Below, one piece after another: positions 1-13,299 of a DNA stretch of 64,000 nt; within the stretch, counting starts at the first letter, position 1; every line of letters starts with the position of its first letter. The stretch covers positions 81,344,001 to 81,408,000 of the forward strand of contig NC_043000.1 in assembly GCF_006345805.1 (NCBI RefSeq). The letters run 5' to 3'. Below the pieces are notes generated by a model. It had not been told where the DNA came from. It ran no database searches and saw nothing but the letters and a program-made list of their open reading frames with translations. This DNA comes from Octopus sinensis. Lineage: Eukaryota. A program made the position numbers and the translations under genes.

Positions 1-293
1 GTGTAAGTACCTCCAGTCACTTCAAGCAAACAAAGCAACTGTCTGACAATGTTTTTTCCTTACACTCAAGCACTCTGCCCCCAAATTTACTTCTATATTC
101 ACCAAGCTTTTAAATCTATTGCTTTCTATTGGGACAGTCCCCAACATTTCCAAGCATGATACAGCATGTTCCATTCACCCCTCAAAAAGAGGTGACCCCT
201 CTGACTCAATCAATTCTCATCCTAATGCTCTTACCTATTACATCTCCAAAGTAATAGAGATAGCTATTAGCAATGACATTTAGAAATAACTTG

Positions 294-331
<38 letters not shown>

Positions 332-1470
332 TCCCTCTCCCCTCCCTCTCCCTTTCTTCATCAAATGGTTTCTATGGAGCCAGATCCACAAGTAACCTCC
401 TTTTTCATGTCATTCACCAATGAGCTTTCAATTTAGAGAAGTCTGGTAAAAGCAATGGCATTGCTCAAGTCATCAGCAAAGCCCTCAGCCATGTCTGGCA
501 TTTAAATCTCCTTCCAAACATCTCATCTGTAGGCTCCTCCCATCTCTCATCTCTTGGATTAGTCGCTTCTTGCTTGATAACACCCCAGCAACATATGTTG
601 ATGGAACTCTTTCTGCCCCATTCTCAGTTAGCTATAGTGTTCCCTAGGGTTTAGTTTTTCCCCATCTCTCTCCTTTTTCTATACATCAACACCCGGCATG
701 CTACTAAATCTAATTACACCCATTTTTTTTTATGTGGATGGCACAATTCTTTATTCTTCCCTAACTTTCCTCAACTATGAATCATCTACATTCAGCCTAG
801 ATGCACTAACCCTTGCATAAAAAGGGACCTTGAGAAAATCCTTCAGTGGGGCCTTTCAGCTTTGGTATTTTTTCAGCAAAAAAGAAAAAATCTCAAGCAC
901 TACCCATTTCAGAAAATACCAGTGCATCACACACACATTAAACATGGACTGATCTCAGTTAGAACCTTCACAATCACTGAGAATCTTTCTTGAAGAAAGC
1001 ACAACTTTAGCATAGCTGGGAGTTCATCTTCAGAGCCAGAATATATTCAAGCCCACAACAGCTGCTGGAACTTTACAAAGCTCAAGTGAGGTCCACAATG
1101 GAGTACTGCTCGCACATCTGGAATAATATTGTTGCTATACACAGATATCTTAGACAGCATCCAGGGAAAGGCCACTTGACTAAATCAGTTATGAACATGC
1201 TCCAGTCTCTGGCCCTCATGTGTACTGTCTCCTTTCTGTCTTTTCTATTGCTACTGTAATGGTCTGATTCTTGGAGCTGGCTAATCTTGTTCTCACACCA
1301 CTTAAGCACTCCCTGCCCACTCATTCATCCCCACTTTGTGCTACCAACTTCCTTAGTGCTACACTAACCATTATTACCATTACTATTCCTTTCCCCTCAG
1401 ATCTTTGGCCCACTGGAATCTTCTTCCTGTTCATGTTTTCCTGCAGGTGTTATCCTGCAGAAGTTTAAAC
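1..1470 (+). mobile_element. Decayed CR1/Jockey-group LINE, RT and C-terminal fragment
   Basis: Frame-broken RT motifs: ~637-690 (S)VP*GLVF..SLFFLYIN (cf. GVPQGSVLSPTLFLLYIN), YVDG at ~731 (YADD), and LYKAQVRSTMEYCSHIW at ~1071-1121. Interrupted by (CT)n at ~296-350. Confidence 0.75.
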
Positions 1471-3635
1471 AAAACATTAATAGCATCTTCATTACCGGTC
1501 CTGAAGGGTCTGCACACCTCATGGGTGATGTCCTTTCTTCCAGATTCAACTAGTAGCAAAAAATACATACCACTTTCAAATTCATACCACTTCAGTTCAA
1601 TCCAATACTCCTGTCTGTACCAATATTCAATATTCAGAACATGACTTAAATTTGTTGTCATGTACAAATCAGTGCTGCCACCTGCAATGAACTTTATGTA
1701 ACTAATAGTTATTTCATAAGTCTTAGCTTTTGCTTCTGTTAAACTCCTTGTCAGTTTTGATCAAGCTACCCTGTGATCAAATATGCTCCAACCAGAACTA
1801 TCTTGCCTAAGTCTATATTATTTAATGTATCCTTCCTTTTATTGTTATTGTTGTTGAGCAGTGTAGTTCTTAGTTGGCTTTAAAAAACAGATCTATGATC
1901 TAACACATTCCAAATATAGCCATCCCTCATTATTTTCCCTGCCAACACTCCATTCCTGTATATTGATAGATTTGTATATGTTTTCCCAACAGATGTTCAA
2001 TTTGAAACATTGATGCACCAACCTTATCAGGAAGGGCTTAATGGGCACTGTACCTCCTTTTAATATGCTTAGAAAGAAACTTACCAGCAACAACAATGGA
2101 TAAACAGAATCAATCAGCTTGTAGTCTATGAACATTATTCTGACAAATCCATCAGCTATCTTATTTATTTCTTTACCAAATCCTTAACTTATAAAAATGA
2201 TAATCAATAAGCTGCTTTCTACTCAATCTTCCAGACTGTTCAGTTTCCAGCCGTTAAGATTTTTGCAGAGACAACAGAAGCTTCCAACCATTATGCATGG
2301 AAATTTCTTCAGATTTAACAAAAATTCTATAAATGAATGAATGAATGAATGAATGAATGAATGAATGAATGAATGAATGAATGAAAGAAAGAAAGAGAGA
2401 GAGAAAGAAAAAAGATGCAAATTCAAAGTATTGATTGATTAAATGTGAGTTTAGATTTAGGGTTTTCAGTTTAAAACTGCATAATTATGGCAAGTATTCA
2501 ACCACAATATAGCACAGAATCATGTCTGGTCTTGGTAATTCTTTGCAATAGTCAGGAAGAAAATAGAAAATTTATTTCCACGAACTTCACAGAAACTTAA
2601 ATTACCAAACAATATACTGTGATAAATAGATATATATTGATACAAAACGAATGGCTATCTGTCAGCCTTACTTTTCTCTACAAGTTTCTTTCGGAAAGTT
2701 TTCTGCCAGCAGGGTATGGTAATATCTTAATGAATACATTTGATTTTCCATTTTCAAATTTCCGATCTTCCTCAACATTTATATTCCACTGAAGACAATT
2801 CAAATGAACTCAACTGTTTTCAGATTCTCTTTGTCTATGTTTTATGTAAAACAATGTTTCAGTTAGACAATAACATCTTTCTTTAATTCTTTGGGTGTTC
2901 AGTGTCCATAGGGCAGTACTCTCTCAATTGTTTTAATCAATTATTACTCAACTATTCATTTTACAAGGCTCTGTTTATCAAAAGATTGAATTTACGTTAA
3001 ATAATGTCATTTTAGGGAAGTTACTTCTCCTTTGGGAGTAAATTCCTCAGTGTGTTTACACCAAATTACACTAATAGTATGCACAGACTCACACAGAAAC
3101 TCATGCAAACACACATATATATAAATACACCAACGGCAATAAATGAAAGTAAAAGTACTCAATACTGGATTAGTACAGATAAAATTATTTCATTTGGTTA
3201 GCTAAAATCCAATCTGAATGAAATTCTGAGATTAACCAAATATGAATGTTTTTGTACCTTGTTTGAGTAACAGGTCAGTCATTTCAAAGACATGTGAGAA
3301 ACATAATATGATCTTATGACTGGTTAGTACAAACCTTACATTAGTGGTATTTTCATGTAGGTTGAAATACAAGATAACAAAATTGAATTAAAAATATGAC
3401 ACATGATTAAAGGGAGATAACTTGCTTGTGGTTATTGAGCTTGCAGGTGTATTACATTCCCCACTGTGTTCTTTCACTTTTGCATTTCCTTCTGTTCATA
3501 TCAATGACTTCTGCCTTACTCATTATATGAGTGGGTGTAGTAATTCATCACTAGAGAAGTGATAAGTTTGCTCTTTTATAAGTGTGTAATAGTGGGCAAT
3601 AACCAGGCAGAGAACAGAATTGATAAATAATAATA

Positions 3636-3690
<55 letters not shown>

Positions 3691-3692
<2 letters not shown>

Positions 3693-3901
3693 TTTCAAAT
3701 TTTGGTACAAAGCCAGCAAATTCGAGGGAGGGGATAAGTCAATTAGATTGACCCAGTGCTCAAACGTTACTCATTTTATCAACTCCAAAAGCATGGAAAG
3801 CAAAGTCGAATTCAGCAGAATTTGAACTCAGAACATAAAGACGGACAAAATGCCATTAAGCATTTTGCCCAGTGTGCTCACAATTCTGCCAGCTCGCCAC
3901 T
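3691..3901 (-). mobile_element. tRNA-derived SINE, family A (tail abuts (AAT)n)
   Basis: Minus strand begins GGCGAGCTGGCAGAAT (A-box-like) and has GAGTTCAAATTC (B-box-like). Alignable to many other copies in the window. Confidence 0.8.
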
Positions 3902-3924
3902 TTGACAACAACAACGATGACATA

Positions 3925-4112
3925 CTAAAAGCACATGGCCTGAAATTTGGGAAGAAGGGACTAGTCGATTACATCAATCCCTGTGCTCAACTGGTACCTA
4001 TTTTGTTGACCCCAAAAAGATGAAAGGCATCTGTAGTCAAAACAATAAGTGAGGGGAAATGCTGCTTAGTATTTTGTGTGGCACAGTAATGATTCTGCCA
4101 GTTCATCGCCTT
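3925..4112 (-). mobile_element. tRNA-derived SINE, family A, second tandem copy
   Basis: Shares 'ggcctgaaattt..gtcgattacatc..ctggtac..gacccc..gatgaaaggc' and the head 'gattctgccagttcatcgcc' with 3691-3901. Confidence 0.75.
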
Positions 4113-4339
4113 AAACCTTTAGCATTTAAACTAGTCATATTTGGCTCAAGTATTCTACCTGTTTTATGTTCAAATGGCCAGATTTAGCATCTCACACCTT
4201 CTCTGCAATGTCATTCCAAAAATAAACAATCATATCTTCAAAATTTCTAAGCTATGAGATAATACGTGATTAATTATTAAAAAAAATTGAAGGAATAAGC
4301 ATTACATTTGACAGAGAAAGCTGAATGTTAAAGGGGTAA
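4111..4339. mobile_element. piggyBac-like MITE (~230 bp)
   Basis: Ends ttaaacctttagcatt ... aatgttaaaggggtaa (TTAA-flanked short TIR). Homologous to 35255-35472, 36611-37196 and 40501-40730. Confidence 0.7.
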
Positions 4340-4553
4340 TAATAGTAATAATGATAGACAGGTGTCCCACTCATGCTAGCATGGAAGGTGGGCATTCAAC
4401 GATGATGATGATGATCCATCCGTTCCATGCCAGCATGGAAAGTTAATGTAAAATGATGACAATGATGATGATGATGATTATGTGAATTAATCATCGATGA
4501 ATGATGGATGGAGTAATAGATGGTTTGGTAGGTAGAGCAATGGCTCAGTAAAT

Positions 4554-4895
4554 AGGCATGGGCATGGTTGTGTGGTAAGAAGCTTGGTTCCCAACCACAT
4601 GGTTCTGGGTTCAGTCCCACTGTGTACCACCTTGGGCAAGTAACTTCTACTAAAGCCTCAGGCTGATCGAAGCCTTGTGAATGTATTTAGTTGGCAGAAA
4701 CTGAAAGAAGCCCATTGTTTGTCTACCACCACTGCTTGACAACTAGTGTTGGTGTGTTTACATCTTTGTAATTGAGCAGTTTGGCAAAAGAGACTGATAG
4801 AATAAGTACTAGGCTTGAGAAAAAAATTAGGTTTATCTGTTCGATTCAAGGTAGTGCCCCAGCATGACCACAGTCAAATGACTGAAACATGTAAA
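4554..4895 (+). mobile_element. tRNA-derived SINE, family B
   Basis: Head 'tggttgtgtggtaagaagcttg..ggttcagtcccac' and tail 'cacagtcaaatgactgaaac'. Collinear with 18951-19345 and 56148-56545. Confidence 0.8.
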
Positions 4896-4899
4896 ATAT

Positions 4900-5270
4900 G
4901 ATAGATAAATAGGCAAATGGTCAAATAGATAAATTTGAGGCTTCAGTAGTTGAATAGTTGGGTTAGGTAGTGCAATAGTTGGATGGATAGGGCAATGTTA
5001 AGTAAAGAGGGCAATGGTTGGGTGGGTAGATATGGCCATAGTTGAATGCAAAAGGTAATGGTTGTATCAATAAGTCATTTGGTAGACCAGGCAGTGGTGT
5101 CCGACAGATAAGACTGTGGTTGGATTGATAGACCAATGTGGTTGAACTGGGTAGACAGGACACTAGCTGTGTAGGTAGGACAATGGTCGAGTTAAGAGGG
5201 TAAGAATTGGGTAGATAAAGCAATAGTTGAGTAAGTCTGGCAATGGGGCTGGCTAAGTACAGCAATGGTT
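4900..5270. repeat. Degenerate ~20-bp minisatellite
   Basis: Recurring 'gcaat(g/a)gttg(g/a)gtaggtaga'-like units. Explains the spurious ORF 4963-5265. Confidence 0.6.
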
Positions 5271-5894
5271 TGCAAGAAGAAAAGGTAATAATGGGATCTG
5301 TGTTTAAATGAGCCCATTCATTTTCAGGGCACCTTTGCCTAATTGGAGATGAGTAAGATCTGTCCTGTTACTTAGCATAAGGCCAGTGGATGACAGTATC
5401 TCTGCTATGTTTTTATAAGTATACATTTTCAAACGTGTATTGAATTTTATCTTATCTACTGTCTATTACAATAATCCTGGGCTGACCAAGGCCTTGTATG
5501 TGGATCTCCTAGATTGGAAGTGAAAAAAACTCATTATACTCGCACCTTTTTACCATATGAGAGATATTTTCTCCATGGTAGCTGCAGTGAATTTGCCTTT
5601 TAACAGTTGAATATGTCACAAATGTATTTTAACTAATCTAAATTTTGCTTATGCTTAAACACTGCTTGGCACTAACATTTCATTATTTTCCTTGATTAGG
5701 GGTAATCTACCAGTACAAATAAGTCAACATTGTTGACAGAATTTTACATAAAGCTATTGCTTTATAAGTTTGTTCAGACTTGCCTCTCTTAGGTACATCC
5801 CATTGACAAGAGTCAAAAACTCGAAACTTTTGTTTATGCCTAGATATTGTTTGGTGCTAAGATTTTGTTACACACATACACACACACGTCTATG

Positions 5895-6030
5895 TGGATT
5901 GGGTCATCCCATAAATAATACAGTTTTTTATACTTCTTTTATTTTTCAAAATGAAGATAAGCAAAGTTCTTTTTTAATTTAAAATATACTCTCTTTCATT
6001 TTCTACAATGCTCTTCCATCTGTCTGGTAG
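5895..6030 (-). mobile_element. mariner 3' end fragment
   Basis: Minus strand reads LPDRWKSIVENEREYIL (cf. mariner C-terminus LPERWQKVIEQNGEY), followed by an AT-rich UTR and a TIR-like end. Confidence 0.65.
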
Positions 6031-7163
6031 CCTGGGTATGTGGCATTATCTCTGAATGAGGAGACATCGGTGTTTGGTCTGGGCCTACTTGCTAATACTT
6101 CCTTTATAATAGGTGTATAGCAAATGTTTACGGCAACAAAGACAAAAAACAAACAAAAACGGAGAACATGGTACAGAATTACGAATACAAACAAGAAATA
6201 ACAACAGGTGTCTTTCAACTGAGAACGATTCGAATTGAGCTGGCATAATCATCATCATTATCATTTTATGGTTACTTTTGATGCTAATATGTGTTGGATG
6301 GATCATCATAATCTGAGCCACTCTCTCATAGACTGTTGGGGAAACATTTTATTTTAGAATGGTATTTAAGTCTGCATGCCCATCCTAACACTGACCATTC
6401 TACAGAGTGTACTGCAAGCATTTTGTCATGTCATAAGCACAAGAAAGTTTGTCAAATCTTCTGTGAGATAGGAGTACAGAGGCCTCTCAGTCTTATTTTA
6501 TCTCTGCTTGAACTCATATGTTCACCTGTGTGTGTATGTATATCTATATAAGCATATCTGTGTGTAATTAGATCAATATTTGTGTTTGCAAAATAAATAA
6601 AAAGACTTTCATTGCAAGAAAGAAAGTTTGTCTTTATTTCAAAGTTGAAACCTCACAAATTACTATGACTGGGTTTTATGTTTCTCATCCTCAGGTAAAA
6701 TAGTGGAAACATGAAACTAGCAGTTGTAATTGGTGAAATGTTAGCTTTAGAATACGTGCACACACACACTCATATGCACATGCATGCACACACACACATA
6801 CACACATATACGCACACACACATTGATCTTATAAGGGCTAGAACAAATTTTAATAAATACTATTTTGTTGCTGCTGATGATGATGATGCTCTCACCACCA
6901 TCAGTGTTTTTCCTATCCCCAGGCATCACTGATTTCACAGATCACAGTCTCATCTTTTTAGGTCAAAACTCAAGACTAATAGGAAATGTTGGTTGGAAAT
7001 GCTCAAGGCAATATGCGATGACATATGTGTATGTAGTTTTGTATTTACATACTTATATGGGCAACTGTGTGAGGAAGTGCAAGTATGTGTACATGTATGC
7101 ATAGGTATTTCTGTCTATTATATGTATATGTGTTTGTATAAATATGTGTGTATATATATATAC

Positions 7164-7894
7164 ATCAGGCAGAGTAAAAAGTAAGCAACATTTTGAAACA
7201 TGAAATTCATCGCAATATATTTCAACACTGCAGAAATTTTATTCAGCAAAATAAGTACCATTGCAATCAAGACATTTTTGCCAATGATTTACAAGTTTGT
7301 TTATTCTGGTACCATAAAAATCTGGAATTCTGAAGCTGATGAACTTTGAATGCACTTTCAACATCTATGCATTTTCTGATTTTCATTCAAATTGTGTGGT
7401 ACCCATTTGATGAGATTTTTGGATTCTCCTATCACATGCAAATGATTGCAGGCAGTTTTCTGGCTAACTTGAAGTTCTTTTTCCAGTTCTTGAGTGGTTT
7501 TATGTAAATCTTTCTCAATGACGGTCCTTTATTAACCACCATCAATGACAGATGGGTGTCCACTATGCTCACAATCTTCAAGGCTCAGGTCTCCACTGCA
7601 AAATCATTTAAACCATTTTCGAGCTGACCACTCACTGGTCATTTCCTCACCAAATGTTCCATTGATATCATAAGCAGTTTCAGCAGCTTTATGTCTTTTT
7701 TTGAAGTTGAATAGTAAAACTGCTCAAATATCGCTCTTTGTAACAACAAATGTTAATTTATTGATGCATTTGGCCAAGTCTATGTCTGTTATCAGACAAT
7801 TGCAAAGAAATGTTTAAAAAAATTTAAAAACTGCAAAAATCAGATACAAATTCTTTATGGTTCAAAATGTTGCTTACTTTCTACTCAACCTGAT
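7164..7894 (-). mobile_element. Internally deleted mariner (cecropia/Hsmar1-like)
   Basis: ~32-bp TIRs: atcaggcagagtaaaaagtaagcaacattttgaa / ttcaaaatgttgcttactttctactcaacctgat. C-terminal remnant PDFYGTRINKLVNHWQKCLDCNGTYF. Confidence 0.85.
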
Positions 7895-8274
7895 ATATGT
7901 GTGTGTGTGTGCACGCGCATTGCCTTTTATAACAGAAAGAACTGTAACCTAATGAAGTTCATTACATAATGTCTTGTTATTTATATAAACTCTTATTACA
8001 CTCTGTACTTGACCATGCTTTTTGCTGAAGCATATGTATATTGAGTGCTAACACCAGATTGTTAATATCGCTATCTCTAAGGGAAATATATATGTATATG
8101 TACATAGATAGATAGTTAGATAGATAGGCAGACAGGCAGATATTTGTTTATGTTGCCCCATTAGGTTCTCCCAATACTATGTCTACCTTATACAAGGAAG
8201 CCTGGGTTTGTGGCATTATCTCTGAATGAGGAAACATCTGTGTTTGGTCTGGGCCTACTTGATAATACTTTCTT

Positions 8275-8660
8275 TTCCATGTTAGCTTGGGTTGGGTTTG
8301 ATTCAAACTGATAAAGTCAGGGGCTGCACCAGGCCCCATTGTCTATTCTGGCATGGTTTCTATAGCTGGATGCCCTTCCTAATGCCAACCACTCTAGAGT
8401 GAACTGGGTACTTTTTATGTGGCACCAGCACGTGTGTGTGATTGTGTGTATGTGTGTGTATACATATATATATATGCATACACAAACACACATATGATGG
8501 GTTTCTTTCAGTTTCTCTCTACCAAATCTACTCACAAGGCTTTAATCAGCCCAAAGCTATAATAAAAAAACACTTGCCTAAGGTCCTACACAGTGGAACT
8601 GAGCATGAAATCAAGTGGATGGGAAGGAAACTTCTTACCACACAGTCATACCTGCACTTG
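8275..8660 (-). mobile_element. SINE family C fragment plus SINE family B 5' half
   Basis: 8275-8430 matches 32255-32510. 8495-8660 is the reverse complement of the family B head at 18951. Confidence 0.65.
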
Positions 8661-10030
8661 TGTAGTCAACCAATTGAAACTATGGAAAACTTAGGCTAAG
8701 CCACTTGGCTAATCTGATGAAAACTATTTAAGTATGACCTGGATGACTTTCTGCTGTTTGTGTAAGCCCATTCTGGTACCCTAGGAAAATCGAGGCAATA
8801 CCTCTCAGAGCATTGGAACTACCTGAGCGGGTTTGTGAGGCCCTTGTACATTTCCCCTGTCAGCTACTTCCATATAATCTTTGTGTGCATCCAAAATGGT
8901 ACTCTACAAAGACTAATGAATGAGCTTTTATCACAGGTACTACATTTGGTCAGTAATGTGTTCTGTTCTTATATAAGATGCTACATGTGAACTGATAGAG
9001 GTTTGGCTTCTATATCTTATTGGTCAAACTACAGATATATATTTTTTTGTTGGCTCGGTTTGGTATGTTGTAGATGTTGGGTATTTAAAGGGTAGATTGC
9101 CCATGTATGGTGAATGCTGTGAAACCCAGTATTTACTATACAAAATGTGTTCTTCATCTAGCCTGATGGTCATCCATTTTGTGTTTAGTAGCCTTGTTGG
9201 TTTGTTGTGTATGCAGCTTATTACAGTACCTAGTTCATTGTCTCATTTTCTTTTACTCATCTCCAACATTATCTCTGTAAACATCTAAATGGCAATCTAC
9301 AAAAACTAATGAACAAGGTGTTCCTAGATGTGTCTCTAGATGTATGATGAAATCTAGCCATCCAAATACTCTCTGGGAATAAATAACCACCTGCCTGAAA
9401 GTTCTTCATTGCCCTCAGTGCTATTTACTACCAAGAGCAGCCACTTACCATCCAATTTTAAGTAAACCATACCTTTAAATATCCACATCTTCCTGAAATT
9501 GCACAACCATGCCATACTTTAAGAGAAAAGCAATTTCTTTCTCATTAATTCAGTATTCTTAAAAAGGAAAAAACAACCACTGTAATTAAGTAAATAAAAA
9601 TGATCTGTTATCACCAATTAATAAAAAGTTGGAACTTCTTGATTGATTAAGAAAAGATAAAATAGAAACAGCAACAACAACAACAGCAACAACAACAATA
9701 ATAATAATTCATTGAGAATTGGAAAAGTGTATAAGATATAACAATTCCTATCATTTAAATATATCTTGGTCCTTTCAATATACCCAATTACTAAGTTTAA
9801 TTATTAATCGAAGCAAACAAAAATTACAATCATCATTGTCACCACTACTGTTACCATTATCATCATTATTATTAACTTTATCATCATTCTCATCTTCACT
9901 CTCTCTTTCTTCACCATCATTATCATCCTCATCACCTTTCCCATCATTACTAATACCACTGTCATCATCATCATAATAACAATTATCAGTACCATTTTTA
10001 TTTGTATCCAACAGTAGTAGCACATCATTA

Positions 10031-10093
<63 letters not shown>

Positions 10094-10379
10094 GAGGAGG
10101 ATAATAATAATAATTAAAATAATGGTTTCAAATTTTTGTACAAGGCCTGCAATTTCTTGGATGGGTGTAAGATGATTATATCAATTCCAGTACCAAACAA
10201 CCTCTTTTGCTACAGCCATCAGGGAAAGGAAAGCTGCTTTGCCTGCCTAATTAGAGGAGGGTGGTGGGGCAATCATCACTACAGACTCAGCTGATAGCTG
10301 GGTCCATCCCACAGATGATAGCAGCTGTCACCAATGCCCAGATACTAAACAAGTGCATGAATAACAATGATAATGACAA

Positions 10380-10650
10380 TGATTGGATAGAATCTCCCAT
10401 CAAAGACATGAGTGTACAGTTTTTGCTGAATGATCTTTTTATAGCAATGAAATGTATGTGTTGTGTGTTAGCTCACTCTATCCATTAATTTGACATTGAC
10501 TGTACAGGGGCACTAATGTGTCACATGTCATGTATCAAAATGAATGTAGAGCTGTGTGAAATGAAGTGTTTTGTTCAAGCACAACACACCGCCCCATCCA
10601 AGAATCAAATCATGATCTAGGATTGTGAGTGCACCACCCTAATCACAATA
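10380..10650 (-). mobile_element. tRNA-derived SINE, family D
   Basis: 'tgaagtgttttg(t/c)tcaag..caac..caccg..ccaagaatcaaa..catgatct..gtgagtgca..ccctaa' also found at 16490-16622 and 18090-18475. Confidence 0.65.
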
Positions 10651-10954
10651 ATAATAATAATAATAACAATTAAACAATAAGAATGGTGCGACTGTTATCG
10701 AATGAACAATATTTCGGCACTTCGTGTCTCTACCACAAGTTCAAAATAATCATCTCAATCTACTTCATTTTGGTAATATTTAAGGATTGATGTTATTCCT
10801 CCAGAAGGTAAAGAAGCAATAAGAAGAGTGTGACTGTTATCGAATGATTATTTTGAACTTGTGGAAGACACATGAAGTGTTGAAATATTGTTCATTTGAT
10901 AACAGTTGCACTCTTATTATTGTTTCTTTACCTACGGGAGGTAATAGTCAGGTG

Positions 10955-13275
10955 ATAGTATATGACAGATGTGATGTACGCATTCACCACCTCCACCCGA
11001 CCTTTCAGGGACACCTTCCTCTCAGCTCATTCTAGGTGAGACTAGCCACCCTGTCTGTCACTTCACCCCAGTTCTTATCCACCCTACAATACTGTCAGTC
11101 AGCAAGGACCAGCCTCTCCAAGTGCTGAGCTGCAGGCCCATTGATGTCTCCTGGTTAATCATTGCTCCTCTCACCACATTCCCTGAGGGTAGTGCCAACC
11201 ATCTCAATTTCCAAGACGTCCGGCACTATCATGATGATGTCGTCTGCATATGCTGACGCAAACCTTCCACATCCTAGTTCCCGCAGGATTCCCCTCAAAA
11301 CATCCAGCTTCCGCAGTAATGACTTGAGTACCAGTACGTAGAGAAGGGGTGAGAGTGGGCATCTTTGATGGACTGAACGTGCAATGCTAAACGATTCTGA
11401 CAGGTGACCATTTACTTTGACCACTGAACAAATGTTGCTGTTCACTGCAGCGATCCAGCCTCTGAAAATTGGACTGAAACCAGCCACCTTAAAGAAAAGC
11501 CTTCAAGTATTGATGGTCAATCCTATCAAAAGCTTTCGATTGATCCAAATTGATCAGGACCCCACACATGCCAGTTCTTTACCGACCTTCTCTATGATGT
11601 ATCACATGAGGTAGGGGGTTGTCATGGATAAATCTGTTGGGGATAGTGCAAGTGTGCGCATCACCCACCAGTCTGTCAAAGACAAGTGCCAACACCTTGA
11701 CCAAAATTTTGTAATCGTCATTTAGCAGAGTTACAAGCTTAAAGTTATCAACAATGTCCCCCTGGTTCTGATCCTTTCTCAGTTGCACCACCATACCTCG
11801 GTTCACAGATCAGGGGATTCTCCCATTCTGCTGCCAATTGTGGTAGACATCCTGCAAAAGCTCACAGAACAAATCTTGCATATGAATATAAAGCTCAAAG
11901 AGTATGCCATCCAATTCTGAAGACTTCTCCCTTGAGCAACTAGCCAATGGATTGCTTATATCTTTGGCTGTTATCAGCATTTCGCAGAACTCTACATCCC
12001 TGGCCAAAAGCCATGGCAGACCATCGAGGTAGGAAGTGTACTTTCAGGCCCCTATATACCCCATACAGTTCAGCAAAGTGCCACTGAAATTCCGCACAAA
12101 TTTGCCTGGACTCGTGTAGCATGCAACCGCCCTCGCCCCTCAAAGACCAAATTTTAGTTTTATTATCATGTTGTGCCATGGCCACCCAGGCCCATCAAAT
12201 GGCTTTCATTCCCTCTTGTTTTAGAGCACATGCCCTAGCTCTGACAATGCAACCTTCATGCTTGGTGTTGAAGAATTGGTTCAGAACCAATCTTGCTGCC
12301 AGCACATCAGTTGCTATGCCTCTGCTGAGTACCTCTTCCAATTTTCTAACTAGATCTTCCTCTAATCTAGTCTTCTCTATCGCTAGTTCTCTGCTAAATT
12401 TTACAGCTTCCACACTAATCTTCCGTTTTAGAGCTACTCACCATTGGTTGTTGATGACTGCACATTTCAACTTTTGATGGACTAACTTGCTAAATCAGTC
12501 TCTGAACTTGATGTTCTGAGAAAGATGTGTTCAGCTTCCACTATCCAGGATCCTGCTTATGAAGCCTGTCTTGGTCAACCATACAGATTATAAATTTGTA
12601 GTCTGTATAGCTGACAGGTTCAAATTGTGGACAACCTATGCTATCCCTTTCTGCTGACCTAAAAATATCCTATCTAGGTGAGATCTGGATGATCTGATGC
12701 TCTTTGCCCATGTCCACACAGGGACATTTGGGTAATCCAGTCTGAACCTGTGAGCTAGTTGGAAATGACTGAGCAAGTTTGCAAGGCGTGCACATCCCCT
12801 TTTTCTATCCACTATCCCCACCCAATCCACATGTGCATCCAAAATGGTATTCCAGTCACCCACTAACACTAAAGAGTAAGATGTCCCTAGAAAGACCTCA
12901 AAATGTCTGAAGAAATTTAACTGCCTCAATCCAGTTGGATCATACACAGTGACCAGTCTAAAAGCACTGCCTTCATTATCATTCATGTCCAGCACCACTG
13001 ACTTACCTTCCGGGTCCAGGAAAACCAACTATATCTCGAGATCCAGGCCTTTTCTGAACAACACCACCACTCCACACCCCATTCCTGATCAACTAAGAGA
13101 TGCAAAGATCTCAAAATCATCAAAAATGGGTGCTAAGGTCTGTGTGAGCATGATCCTGGTCTCACTGATGGCTATTACATCCAAATTCAGCCACCTGAGT
13201 TCATTGAGCAAGCAGCCTTGCTTCTAGGATGACCCCAGGCCACATACATTTATGCAACCAACTTAGCACCACCAT
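10955..13275 (-). pseudogene. Tx1/L1-clade LINE ORF2 (APE endonuclease + reverse transcriptase), disrupted
   Basis: APE: FRLVTVYDP, LVLVGDWNTILD, WTW..RSHLDRIF. RT: KSSELDGILFELY, NFKLVTLLNDDYKILVKVLA, SVHQRCPLSPLLY, SAYADDI. Many stops and frameshifts. Confidence 0.9.
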
Positions 13276-13299
13276 ATCTGCCTAAAAGGAAGAAAAGAA

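Noticed and set aside
6680-6700. Recursive splice site cctcag|gtaaaa
   Set aside because: Weak donor, and better explained as the antisense of a decayed hammerhead core (CTGAGGA).
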